A DNA stretch of 64,000 bases from the NCBI GenBank assembly GCA_000708835.1, contig DF237431.1, forward strand, positions 6,590 through 70,589. The letters run 5' to 3'. This document shows positions 48,901 to 62,322 of the stretch, one piece after another (the stretch's first letter is position 1; each line of letters opens with the position of its first letter). The notes beneath the pieces were generated by a model. It saw only the letters and a program-made list of their open reading frames with translations. It had not been told where the DNA came from and ran no database searches. Position numbers and translations under genes: made by a program. The stretch is from Klebsormidium nitens (Eukaryota > Plantae > Klebsormidiophyceae).

Positions 48901-51900
48901 TTCCCCATACCGCACTCTCTGTCCAATTTCGCTTTGACCGCGAATTTAACAGATTCTCATCTTCTTTGGAAACATTGAGAATAAATGAAAGCACCATCTG
49001 GATTGCTTAAACCATTCTGAAGGGTTCGGGTAGTTGACCGGCAGACCTTTTGCGGCAATTACGACAGTGTGCCTCTTTTCTGGGCGTTGAAGCGTGCTCC
49101 CACTTGTGACCCACATCCGAAAACCGCGCATGTTCTTCAGCTGTCACGCTAACCCTGGTGCTTAACCCTGTTCCGGACAGATTGGACAGCTGGACTGCAC
49201 CGTCCACGTGGGCCTGCCGGACACGATGGCCAGCCTGTGGCAGCAGATCGGGCGCGCGGGGCGGCGCCAGACGGCGTCACTTGCCGTCATCATCGGGCAG
49301 CAGCGCCCGCTGGACCAGCACTACATGCGCCACCCCGACCAGGCGAGTGCTGACGTCAGCATATTTTTGGTGACGTCAGCTCGAATGTCCGGGACGTGTT
49401 TTGCAACCCATTCTTTGGAATACTCGAGCAAGCAAAGTACTATCTGTACTACTCAATTCGCTGTGAACTTAGGCTCGCTCTCGCTTCCTTCTCTTTCCAC
49501 AGCTCTTCTCGCGCGGCATCGAGGACGCACTGTGTGACCCGCTCAACCCGTACCTGCTCAGGATGCACCTGCCGTGCGCCGCCAACGAGCTGCCGCTCAC
49601 AGGCAAGCGTCGACTTGTCTTTACGAATCTTTCTCAGCTTGAATTTGTGCCTTGATCCTCGTGCCATGTATGCTCTGTCTCATTGCGATCGCCGAGGTCT
49701 TTTGGAATCCCTCTGCGTGGACGAAGCATTTGCAGCGGACTAGATCCTCATAAGCTTTGAGAAGACGGCAAAGTTCTGCTTCGCGCCTTCCTGCGCTCGT
49801 CTTTTGTAAGATCGAGTTGTTGACAGCAGCGGCTGGGTGGTTTTACAGACCAAAAGATGACTGCAGGCGAAGAGAGGTACTGTCTCTACCTCTGACTTCA
49901 ATCCTCTCCATTGAGGACAGATCAACGGAGAGAAGAGAAGTCAATCGAAATGCTGCGTTCAGGTCTGGTTGACATCTTTCTTTCAAGCTTCGCTGCCTTC
50001 CTCACGTGCAGAGGAGGACGAAGCGCTGTTTGGGTCCGACTTCGGACGCGTTCGTGACGAGCTTGTGGAGGCGTCCGAACTGCGGTACGTCCCGGGCCCG
50101 GACGGAGGCGACCAGTACACGTACCGGTGGGACGACAATCCGGCCACGAAGTTCAATATCCGGGGGGCGGCACAAGATCCGTTCAAGGTGCGCAGTAGTG
50201 TATATTTTCCTTTCATCAGTTATGTCTCATGACTGCCTATTCTTGCCGCCTCTTGAGGGTTTTCCGAGTCAGACTTGGACCCAGATTCCAGTGGAACTTT
50301 GTCCTAGCTGCGCACCTTTTGCTATTTTGAGGGCGTCCTGTAAGGGGTTGGGAATGGACACGGGCTTTCGAGCTGCATTTTTCGACACCCTTTCTCTTAA
50401 GTACACGTGTTGCGGATGGCCCCCAAAGGTTACCCCTCTAGTGCCAGTTTTGGAAGTGCGTGCTGCCGTGTGTTGAATAGATGAGCCACAAAAGAAGGTT
50501 CGTTGCGAACTTTCAAAGGATCTGTTTACTTTTGTCCTGGAAAGGGATGACGAAATGGATGAAAGCACTGGAACTTTCCCACATACTACTCAACAAGGAG
50601 CACAAACAATCAAAACGACGAGAATGAGAATAAACCACGAAAGGAGGGACTTCGATTGCATATATAATCCTTTCTCTGACGCCTCAGGTGGAAGATGAGG
50701 ACGGCCGGTTCATCGAGGAGGTCGAGAAGGCGACCGCGTTCCGGCGGATCCACGAGGGGGCCATCTTTCTGCACCAGCGGGAGTCGTACCAGGTGAGCGG
50801 CTGCAACGGGTTTCTGCTGACTCATCCTGTTTAAGGTCACGTTATGATGGACCGAGCTTACAAACCAGAGCCGGTTTACTGTTGATCTGCCTGGTTAACG
50901 GGCACAAACTTTCGGATCAAGCCCACAAAGTGAAACGGTGGAGAATTAGCAGCAAAATAGTTGGTCAAGGGCACCAGCGGGAGTCTTTCGTACCAGGTGA
51001 GGATCAGCAAGGCGTTACTTTTGTTTTCGTCCTCGGAAACGGGCGCAGATTGGATCGGGACGATTCTATACACCGATTGCAACAGCCTACCTGCCTGTGA
51101 TATGGGCGTCAGCGAATAATTTTGCGCGCTCCCTGCAGGTCCTCGAGCTAGACGTTGAGGGGCGGAAGGCAACCGTTCGAAGCTGTAGCCCCGAGTTCCT
51201 GACGGGTACGCACTCTCAAGCCCCTCGTCAGAGCACTCTCTGCTGTCCATAATCTGCAATATCTGCAACCCACACGTCATTTGCAGACGCTTTTGGCATC
51301 AACTGCTCGCTCGGACAGACGGCCTTTTGGTAACAATCAGCATAACCTGCAGCGAGGTTTCGTTCGTCGCGACTAAGTGGTGCGTGGACGGACTCGCGAC
51401 GTTTATATTCCTCTTAAGTAAGACCAGCCTCATGCTGTCAATGGGCACGGGTTTCGGAAGAGGACATGACGTGTGATACTCTCTTTCCGCAGAGGTGAAG
51501 GAGAAGATCTCCGTCAGGATCCTCGAGTCCCAGCAGTCCCGCAAGGCGTTGGCAGCTCAGCTGGAGTTTGGCACGGTGAGCGGGGCGACATCTCATTGTT
51601 GCTGTGAATCTTACGTATTCAACAGAGGATAGACTGCTGAGTTGAGCAACAATCGGTTTCTGTATCATAAACGTGCAAAGACCGAATCGACGACTGTCCC
51701 GAACGGTGGGCCTTTGAATTAGTTGTTGGCGTTGTTTGTAGCAGTCGTTGATGCGTAGCCATTCTAGACCAGGCGCTTGGCTGCTCTGGTAACGCTCCCT
51801 TAAGAGCTTCCGCGTGACCGTGCACGACGCTTTCCAACATCAGAAAAGCTCGCTTCTGAATCCCCACACTGTCCGAATAAGACTGAGTAAGCCTCATCCT

Positions 51901-54780
51901 CCGTCGCCCCTCCACTTCGCAGGTCAAGGTGACCGAGTCCATCGTAGGCTTCCAGAAGAAGCACATTCTGCACGACAAGGTCATTGAGGAGTGCTCCCTG
52001 CAGCTGCCGCCCACCGAGTACGACACGTGTGCGATCGTGAGTGGTCGATACGCTCCCCCACCTAAAAGGGTTGCGCTCGTACTAGTTCGTGTCTGGACGT
52101 GTTAAGGGATTGAAAGCGTGCTCTAATTGCTGACATCTGTTTTTGAAGACTGCCCAGTTTTGAAGCCCGGCATCGCCAGCCCCTGAAAGTCTAGGATGGG
52201 AGAATCCCAGCTACTTGTTGTGCTTTCATAACTTCCGTCCACCGCTCAATCTACTAATTGCCAAGTGCATCGTTCGTCGACGCGCGCTGCACTTCGAGTT
52301 GCAATGTTACAGTCTCGAGGTGGATTTCCACTGCCGAAATCGGATGTCTCTGCTCATTTCCTAACAAATCCCCCCCTCTTTCCAGTGGTGGGACGTCCCC
52401 CCCGAGGCGGTGTACCGGTTGGAGCAGGAGGGCAGCCTGATGGACGCCATGAACGGCGTGAAGCGCATGGTCATCTCCATCCTGCCGCAGCTCTCCCTAA
52501 GTGAGCCGAAGCCGTTTGTTTGCGCCCCCCTCAAACGAATGCTTCTGCGTCGTCAGTCTCACCCTGCGCGCCATGCATGAGAAGGCATTCTCCGGCGGAC
52601 GGATTGACCTCTGATTCATGGGGGCTGTGATTCAGCATTTTCTTGGCTAGAAGACTGTAGCTTCTGGTAGTTGCATGCTTTGAATCGCAGGACTTCGTTT
52701 CTCTTAGGTTCCAGCCTTGAATACTGAATTTGCAAAATCATGGACAAGGGAGGTCCATCACTGATGTGCTTCGTTTTGCAGCTTGCGATAAGCGTGTTGT
52801 TCACCTTCGCCTTCCTCAGCGGCTTTCGAACTTCCTTGCTCCTTGAACCTGCCTATCAAAGTCTTTCGATGGTCGCCCAAGGTTCCTGATTTGACGATTC
52901 TGACATTGCAAAGGATGAGGTTATAACTCGGTGGGCTCCTTTTGAACACAATGCGAAAGCAAAACTGCCTGATTGTTGGGAGGATACAAGCAAAGGTAAA
53001 AGCTTGCACTCTTTCCCAATCTTTGCAGTGGACCGCCAAGATATCGGAGGGCATGCCGTGCTTAGTCAGGAGGCCACGCAGAGACCGCAGGTGCAATCAG
53101 AAGCTCTCTTGATCGATTGTCATTGCCCCTCCTCGTGTCTAATTGGCTTTCGTGTCTTTGTGAGGGTCCTCGCCATGACTCGCCATTCTGGGAGGCGAAT
53201 ATTGTCCAACAAGATAGCTGACTTCTGAGAAAGCTCAGAGCTCTAGTGCAGAAGCACCGATTTTGCAGAATCAAAACGTAAGCAGGTGTTGAACAAAGCG
53301 GATGTAGCGGCGTAAATCTGATGAATAGATTGGCTTGGAATGCGGTTAGGCACACAAGTCCATGTTAGACTTAGGCATTCCTCTTGTGCATATTCGCAAA
53401 TCTCGTAACGTGGGGCAACGCCTCGATACCCCAATACAACTGTCGCGGGGAATCCGGTTGACACCTCATCTAGGCTCAGCGTCCTGAGCAATGCCAGCCC
53501 TGACTGTTACTCTTGCTTCTTCAGGTGTTCATCTTCGATGCATACCCGGGCGGCATCGGCATAACCAAGCAGGTAAGACCGCTTCTCTGCCGCTGGCCAT
53601 CGCCCTCAATTTCTGTGGAAAGAAGCAGTCCCGCTTGAACCGCGGGGTCCCCTGCCGGGAGCTAAGCATTCCCTGCATGCGATGGCTGTCAATTAATGTT
53701 TACCCGACTGATCAAAAGCAGAGTGAGTCGCAGGATTCTTTTCGGCCTGCGAAGACAACGAGTGTTCGCCTCTGGCGAAAGTCTGCAGAGGAAGACTCTT
53801 CACGAGATCATGTGAAGCAGATCTCCTGAATCAGTTGACTCTTTGCGCAGGCTTACGGCAAGATTGAGGAGGTGTGGCGGCAGGCGCTGAGCGTGCTCCG
53901 GGAGTGCGACTGCTCGGAAGGCTGCCCCAGCTGCGTCCAGGTGAGCTTCTCTAGGCCCGAACAGTTGTTACGCGAAGCTGGAATTGTATCGAGAAGAGTT
54001 TCTTGCCTGGTACTCCAGCACTGAACAAAAAGTTATACGAGGCTGTGATGCTATCGTCGGCTGTTTCATGGCTGGACAGAAGGTTGACCTCAAGCCCATC
54101 AGAGAACGTTCCACGCTTCGTTTGAAACAGCGTCCGAGTCATCCAGGCTGGGAGGCGAGGTCTCGAGCCTCACGCTAAGTTTTTGATGCATGAGAGAGCC
54201 AGTCGCGGGTTTCGAGATGCTCGCATCTTCTCAATCCACTTAAGCGTGGATTTTCGTTCATTCTTGTCTTTTTGTAATTCGTTTCGCAAGTCGTAGAAAG
54301 CTGCGACCCAGCAGACCTCCGGCCGCTGTACTGATCTCAGCTCATCTAGTTGATCTCTTCAAAGTCCCAAATAATTCAGGATCACTCGTCACGTGGTGTT
54401 GATAATCATGCAGATGATCTGAAAAACATATTCTCCTGGTTTTGCAGCCGTCGTCCTTTGAGAGCGTCTCCGGATCCATGGCCGTCAAGAAGGCGTGCCG
54501 CATCCTCCTGGAGGCCTTGCTGGCGGACTGGATGCTCACCACCGAGGCTGCAGATGAGGCACCGATCCCCACGACAGGGCCTCCTGAGAGCCACTTCCAC
54601 TCGGCGGCCAGTGCACAAAGAGACGCGGTTGCGAAGCCAAAAGCTGAGCCGTTAAGAGATGCGACAAACTTTGGGAAGAGATGCCAGGCAAAGCTTGAGC
54701 AGAATGAGGAGGTGAAAGTTAGGAGCGTCAAAAAGAAGAGCGCCGTGCCCCGGCAGGTTATTGACTTGGAAGACGAATGA
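39938..54780 (+). CDS. HRQ1: HRQ1/MrfA-type DEAH-box helicase with C-terminal DUF1998 Zn-binding domain and long disordered N-terminus, ~1557 aa
   Basis: 26 exons, frame-consistent (4674 nt): 39938-40024,40427-42552,42839-42904,43239-43356,43771-43830,44195-44268,44589-44643,44985-45038,45769-45852,46288-46380,47112-47270,47852-47953,48211-48288,48651-48713,49181-49342,49503-49602,50012-50187,50688-50792,51139-51205,51493-51575,51923-52036,52386-52500,53029-53090,53525-53572,53851-53940,54448-54780. Motifs: [75 protein letters not shown]. First exon tentative. Confidence 0.93.
47530..47915 (+). repeat. Three tandem copies (~150-160 bp period) of an intron-end + exon 5' segment in the helicase gene
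   Basis: AG at 47541, 47692 and 47851, each followed by GC(G/T)GA.CT..GGTGAAGGCGGGTCTCC.GACGCT...; only the third continues as the coding exon. Confidence 0.9.
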
Positions 54781-55882
54781 CGACGCTGAGCTTGATCAGG
54801 ACGTTATAAGGAATTAGTGGGTGGTGCTAGCCCTTGCGTCCGCCGTTGCAGTCTTGGCAGAGGGCGGCCACTCTCTGTGCTTGAAAAGAGATCAATTTTA
54901 GGGGGTTGAGTTAGTGGTGCGCGTTCGTAGGTCGGATCAATCTCGCACCCAGATAAGAGGACTGAGGCTTGACTTTAACATTTTCCATCGAACGCACTAG
55001 AAGGCAGATGTCCAATCAAGATAATTCTCAAACGGCAAGTTGCTTTCATCTGCGATTCAAAACAAGTTGAGTACACCCGCAGACATCGCGCTCCATCGAC
55101 TCTCCGAATCATGCGTCTAATTGTTAGATGTGCACACGACACAATTGTGACATAATGTACTCAGGTTTACCTATATACGTACCGTCGAATCACGTGCATC
55201 ACTTATACATACATGGTTTCACCGCTCATCAAGGCCCATGCAATCTCTGAAACCAAAAAATGCATGGCCAGCGCGCGGTCACGGCCGCAATGCATGGGCG
55301 GCTTGCATGCAAATTAATGCTCTTGTGCAACATGAAGGGGTGGATGGCTGTAGTGTTTCCAAAAGGCCGCCACGGTAGCAACCTGCCAGGTGTACCTCAG
55401 CGTTGCCGTCGGCGGCCCGGCCCGCGGCACGCGCGGGCCCCTTGATTTCTGAGTATATGTGCGACAGCCAGGCTCCTTAGTACATAGCTGCGTGGTCCAT
55501 AGGAGGTCCATAGGTGTTAGGGCGCCGGTCGTTTGAAAACGATACGTCACCAATACCAAGCCATTCGAACGCAAGAAGCGGCTGACTCCATCTGGAAGCG
55601 CAGCGCACAATCTCTGAAGCGAGCCGTTCACCAGATCAGCAAGACGCTGACGGGCTGCCAGTGAGTTCCAGCATATTCGACGTAAACATTTGACGAAGAT
55701 AGAGGATTATTCTCACTCCATTGTTTGACACTGGTAAATCTAAATGCTTGTGCTTTGATCCCGTAATGTAGGGTAGAATTAACTCGACTACTCAGGCCTA
55801 CTTTGATCTGTGAAAAGGGCACCAGTCCGGACGTCAGAATAACTCTCTCCTGCCACCAAGCATAAGGGTCAAATTCCAAGTC

Positions 55883-58800
55883 TCAAGGGAGAGAAAATAG
55901 AACGTCCTCGACGCTTCGACTCGATGTGTGCGCTCTGTGATGGGTGGGGCTGGATGCGATGGGGCTAGTGATGCTTGGATGGGTGTTTGGCGTTGCTTGG
56001 CGTGAGTGCCTGCTAACTTGGTCCTCATACGACTCGATCCGGCCTTCGAAAGTTCTCTCGGCGTTGACAAGGTCTTTCCGGGTGATGATGCCAATTACCC
56101 TGCAAAAACAGTCAAAAGTCACCTCACCGGATGTGAGAAGCTTACGGAGATAATCATATCCATCTGGAACCAAGCCACGCTTGCATCTGAACATATCAAG
56201 GACTGCAGATCAGTCCAAATAATTAAATGCGACCGAAATAGATGTTTAGGCCTCCGTTTCACCTGCTAACTTACGTCTGCTGCTTCATGGCAATCGACCA
56301 ATATGATTCCGTGCAATGAAGAGGGCGGATTCTGTTAACATGATCAACCTCCTTGCGAGCAAAACTTACAGATTTCTTGAGCTGACGACCAGGAGATGCC
56401 GCAGTCCTAGGCTTCGGAAGAGGATGTAGACACGCTGCGCCGAGCACTCTCGTCTCACCTACGAGGTTACAAAGGATAGTGTAGGTCCAATCAGTCGAAG
56501 TAAAACAGAAGTAGAAAAGGTCAGCGACTTCAATGAATGCTATGTGAGTGTTACTATGAGACTGGGGCTGTTGGTCTGCAGAAAGGTTCGATCCATTTTT
56601 TGGACGCAGATGACGCGGTGACATACACCAATCACCCAATCCAGCGTCTTTCAAAACTTCGTGCATGGGAGTCATTTCGAAAAGCCCGATGCAGAGTAGG
56701 GTGCAGATGATTCGACACAAGGCAAGTGGTCCTTTCCGATGAAGAGCGATCCAGAGATGATACTTACAGTCAAAGGAGCTCTGTTCATGAATGGGGTCAG
56801 GTCCAGAGCCAGGTTCGCAACGTCCCTGCCGACCGCGTCTGTTGGGCTTCCATTCGGACTGCTGCTCGCTCCTCCGTTTTCCGGGTCGTGTTCTCCTCCC
56901 AAAAGCGCCCGCTCAGCTTCGCTTGACCTATCTCTGTCCACATTCAACGCATCCACTGTCTCTGGCGTAGAATTCAGGTACCTTCTGTGCGGGTTGTGAA
57001 TCAGGTGGTACATCCGCATGGCTCGCTCTAGCATGCGGTGCTTGGCTGAGGTCGACGACGAAAACGAGTCGCGACGAGTCGAGCTCCGGTGACCAGGGTG
57101 CTGGGGCATCGGCACAAAATGCTGGTGTTCTAGAAGGACAAGGAGCTGACTGCGCAGAATCAGGCCCACGAGGCGGCCGTCTTCTGAGAAGACTGGGAAG
57201 CCGTTGTGCAGGGTCTTCCGCAGGATCTGGACAACATCGGCAACGCGTACAATCTGGAAAAAAAGACAGATCTTTAGAATTTCTTCAACGCCCGAGACAG
57301 CCCCGTGGCTCTCAGATGAAGACTACGAACAAAGATGGAAGCGAGCTCTCGGCCTGAGAACGTGAAATCTCTACGGGAAACGCTTAAAAGTAATAGATTG
57401 GTACGAAGACCTCAAGGCACCCCTGCTTGTACACCTCTACTTGGAAAGATCACACGAGGGGATTGGGATATTCTGTTTCGATGCCGCTTCTTTACTTCCA
57501 CATTCGTCAAGCATCGATGTTCGGGACAAACGGCTTAGAATGGTCAAAGTATGACGTACCTCTCTGAATCCGACGACGTTATGTGCCATGATGTCCTCTG
57601 CCCGAAAGCTCAGCAGCTTTCGGGGAGCCTCCGCGTGAAGGAAGGGTATGTGACCTGAGACACAAGCAGGCCAAGAGCTAAACAAAATATAGATCGAGTA
57701 GTCAACATCCAGAAGCGGTGGCTTGGTGGCACTCATATTGAATGGATCCGGAAGATTTACAGCTGTATGCTGAAATGAGAGTTTGAACCCTTACTGAGCT
57801 TCTCGATGTCGCTCTCGTAAGCGCCAGACGGGTGAAGGTGGTGCGAGACCCAGTTTGCCATCACCACCGCCAAGATGATTGGCAGGATGAAGTTTATGCC
57901 GCCAGTACCTTCCACCATGATGACCACCTGCACCGTCAAATTCGCTTTGTTACATTCGCATATTACTCTTATCCTTGTTTCAAAATACGGAGGAGCCGGT
58001 TTGCTTTCGCAGCCACAATGCCAATAAGAAATCAAAGGCGTTCCAGTAGTTGACGAAAAGGCGAGTTCTTCTGAGAGGCTGACATATATAAGAAGCAGAC
58101 TGACTATATCTTCTGAGGCTTACCAGAGAGATGGAGCTTCTGAAGACACCACCAAGCATAGCAGTCGCTCCAATCAGAGCATGCAGACCCGGTTCAATTT
58201 CCCACCTGCAAGACAAAGGGTGTCAGATGGAGTTGACTTGTGATTAGTGGTAGGACCTGGCTTGACATTGCCTAGCCCTCTGATGTACTGAGGTTCTTAC
58301 TAAGACTTCTCGGAAGATGGAGTAAAACAAGCAAGCGAATCTCGACGATTCTGTTTGATGTTCATTCGCTCGTTCTCAGTCACACGAATGCCCTGCCGAT
58401 TTCAGTCAGAGATCCTTACATTTTGAAGTACATCTGGAAAAGACAGCCGAGGACGCCGCCAAAAGAAGCTCCGGTCATGATCGAGGGCATGAAGAGGCCA
58501 CCGGGTACGGCAAGGCCGTATGCCAGGCAGAACATGGAGAAGAAGGCGCTGGCAAAGATGGCCAAGCTGGGCAAGGTGAAGTAGACCCTGTGTCCTTGAC
58601 TCGCTAGCGACATCTTGAACAGCTTCTTGATCGTCTGCACAAAAGGGATGAAACGGCAAGATTTGAGTGACATGTACAGTTAGGATGAATTCTTTGAGCG
58701 CAAAATGGCAGCAAAGATGCAAAGAGGGCTACGAAAACGGAAGGTTCACACTGTTGGGGTATTTTTCTGGCATGTTTAACAGTGTAGGAAGTTTCTCTGT

Positions 58801-61800
58801 TGATGCACCCACCTCGTGCGGCACAGACATGAACATGGTTGCCAAGTCGTTGTAGTAAAGGGGTTCTCCTTCGACTTGCTTGCAGGTGAACTTGATGCCG
58901 TAATGTTCATTGGTTCCGGGATGGTGCCTGCACATAGTGGTTCCCTTTCTCTTGCAAGTCTAGCAAATCCTGGTGCATGCAAGCGGCAACCACTTCGGTG
59001 CGTGGATCCATTGAACGTGCTGAAAGTTGAAGGGGATCAAAGAATTGCCAAAAGTCGAGCTCATCTCCGGCTAGTCAGATTGACGCCATTCAACCTACCA
59101 TTCGTCTGGCTGCGGCAGACAGCGGCCGAACTGTTGCGATAAGATGAACACTGCTGATATGGAAAGCGTGACCACGGTGCAGGCCTCGAGGATCCTGCGA
59201 TAGAATAGACGATTATATGAAGGGTAGGAGATTTTGCGCTCAAACGCTTGTACATGACTTGCAATTGAGCAATTTCAGCAATTCTCCGGCAAATCAGAGC
59301 AAGCCTACACCCACGTGGGTCATTGGACGGCCTTGTGCACAGGGCCCAACGCAGAAAGAGATGCCGGTACATGAATACTAGAACGGCTTTGTACGCAGCG
59401 TCACGAGAGTCACGCGTTTGATTCACTGATTGAAAATTCTTATAGAGTTGCTGCTCGGGATGTGTTGTGATACAGGATCATGTTTGCCCAACGTTGCGAA
59501 TCAACGTTGCTACCTCTTACCTCAAGCCTTTTCGACTGGCGCATGGCCTGAAGTTGTTCAGCTTTCCATGGATAAGGTTGAGCAAGGAGCCGAGAACCCC
59601 GGCAGCAGCAGCAGTCACAAAGAAGAACGGGAGCTCCTGAAGCTTGAAGATTGGCTGCAGGACAGGAACCCTAAATCCTTTCAGGCAAGTTCCGACAATG
59701 GATTAACAGCGTAACCGCACCTGACCTAGCATAACATAAAGCCATCCCAAAGCCACAAGGAAATTGGCAGAATCCCCCTCAAACAAGTTCAAACGGGCAG
59801 ATCACGAGTTGCGTAGGATTAGGGTGCTGCCAACGGAAATACCTTGAGGCCCCTGAAGGCGAGAAGGCCCGGGAAACTCAAGGAAAAGCGCCTGCAAGCA
59901 ATCGGAGGCTCGAATTTTCTACAACATCCTCATTGACTCTCGTGCTTCCAATCGAGCCGCGCAAGGTTTCGAGATTGAAGGTGTATCGCGTACGCTTGGA
60001 CCAAACGGCCAGATGGACAGAGCTAGCAACCAAGGTACAAAAACGAACGAACCTCTCGTGAAGAAAGGAGAGGGTAAGCGTAGCACACGCGCAGCTTAGA
60101 AGAGACCTCCACATAACCTGCAATCAAAAGCGGAGTCCCTCAAAGCGCCTTTGAAGCGAGCTTCCGTACATTTGCATTCACCTTGCATGTGACAGAGTCA
60201 CCACACAAAGCGGCATCCAAGGACTCTTCCGCGCCAGAAGAAGATAGAGTGCTAGAATTCATATACTCAACTGAATAGCAGCGTTTGAATAAGCTGGGAT
60301 GCGGAAAGGATCTTGGCAGCAGAACGAGGGAAACGAATGTACCTTCCGCGACCAAAAGCTGGATGCCTCTTCCAAAGAAAAGAGAACGCCACCGATCGGG
60401 GCACCAAAAACGGCCGCCAAACCTGCTGCTGCTCCAGCTGAGATGAACTCTCTTCGATCAACATCGTTATGAAAATCCTGCACGGTATAATTTTGGTAAG
60501 GTTCTCGAGCAGAAGCTGTTCCGATCACATTGAACTGATTTGACGTACACAAGCATCTATAACGAAAAGGATAATAAACGATCGGGTCTGTTGGCCCGTC
60601 TAGGTTCGAGTACAGCAGACAAGTCCTGATCTTCGGAGGTCCTGAGAGCAAGAGCAAAGTCGCGCTGCTTACATAGGACATTCCAGCAGGATGTGTCAAC
60701 CTCTCGATCCACGAACGATCACCCCTCTCGTCGTCCTCTGTTGTTGCTTGTCTCTTGCTCAAGACTGGCCATGTCAGGGCGGACGCAATGGCCGAACCGA
60801 TGTGGACAAGCGGAGCTTCAGGTCCGAGCTGCAAACCACACACCCAGGGTTTGCATCTGGCCTTACCGGTGGAGAGTAGCTGGTCGAAGTACGTCAATCA
60901 CTTCTGGCCAATGACAGAGCTTTTCTTCTGGACTGGATGCTCGATGACCCAAACGCACAAGCCTATTTGTTCCATGCAGTTGGTGAGGCAAGAATCAAGA
61001 ACCCCGAAGTGCGGTGGTGTCCAAACATTCGCTGAGTATTCTTTCCGCCAGGTTCTTACCGCCAGTCCGGAGGTAGTAGTGCAGATCGTGCCAATTATCT
61101 GAAGGAAACGAAACACTTTTGTCAGTATTGGTTTTGAAGAGTTTGGTGTGCTGGAAGGTCGAATGATCAGAAACGAAGAAACACAACTAGCTACACCGTG
61201 CTTTCAAGAGCTAGAGTTTTGATAGATCCACAGGCTTTCTGACCATTCCCTCTCACCTTCGTGATCAGAGTGGATCCTCGTAAAAAGTCAGGGACAGCGA
61301 TTCCGTTCAGGTATGCAATGACCAGCGTAACACCCCCTCCCGCAGCAGCTGGCGCCCAGAATGATACTAAACAGACGGCTACGCTGATGAGACCAATGCC
61401 AAAAAGAACTGCCCCTGCATAACGGAAGGAATCTATTTTCAGTGGACTGCCGGCATATTTTTGTCTATTCAGAGAGTCGGACTAAACATAGTGCATGTCA
61501 ATTCGCAGTCCGAGTCTTCGCTGGGAGGACATTGTTGTAAGAGCAAAGTGACTTGAAAGAGGCTCACCGAAGTATGCGAAGTATGGACTCCTGGTTATTA
61601 GAGTATCTTGGAGCCATTCGTTCTTCTTTTCGATGATCACTTCAACGGTCGACTCCATTCCAAATGCCACCATACCTGCATAAAGCGAGGGGACTCTCTG
61701 AATCTCCTGCATAAAAAGCTGCGGGGCAAACGTCACATAATACCATGGAGATGCTCCCTTGTTTCATGAAAACAGGGCAGGGTCTCTCACAGGATCATTA

Positions 61801-62322
61801 TTTTCAAACCATTTCTTTCCTCGAATTCTGCTCGTTCGTCGGGCTGGCTCTAGGCAAGCCGGAGACATTCTAGTACCCTCTCCCATGCTACTCACCGGTC
61901 AAGATGCCAATTGTAATAGTTGTGATGTACTTTGCCAGAGTGCTTCCGGAATACCTGTAGAGAAGCAAGCAAACTCAATCACAGGTTGGAGAAATCATCA
62001 GAAAACTGACCGATTCGAAAGACAGGCCTTCTTGCATTGACACATCTGTCTAGGGGCATATTCAACTACGAGTTGCCATAGAATGTGAAGACAAGACAGA
62101 ATGTGCTTACCCAAAGACGTGCTTGTGCTCAGGCTCCTGGATTCTGCTGGAACTTTGACTGTACGATAGACTGTCGTAGTCCTGGCTCTCCAAAGAATTC
62201 TCCAGAGTGTAGTCCTCCCCATCATTGAGATCGCGGTTGCAATCTTCAATCTCATCGATAGTGAGGCTTGGCTGACGCTTCTGTGCCTCCGCAGAGATCT
62301 CCTCTAGCAAAGGTTTCTCCAT
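55883..62322 (-). CDS. CLC: CLC-family anion channel/transporter with two CBS domains, 880 aa predicted
   Basis: 19 exons, frame-consistent (2643 nt): 62322-62111,61954-61896,61675-61568,61414-61257,61098-61060,60828-60673,60477-60343,60117-60053,59891-59843,59654-59521,59194-59099,58927-58813,58634-58420,58205-58124,57927-57795,57654-57560,57253-56768,56458-56370,56099-55883. Motifs: [103 protein letters not shown]. Confidence 0.94.

Noticed and set aside
39938-54780. DUF1998 helicase as part of a prokaryotic defence system (DISARM/Druantia-like)
   Set aside because: The gene has 25 spliceosomal introns, no operon partners, and matches the eukaryotic HRQ1 layout.
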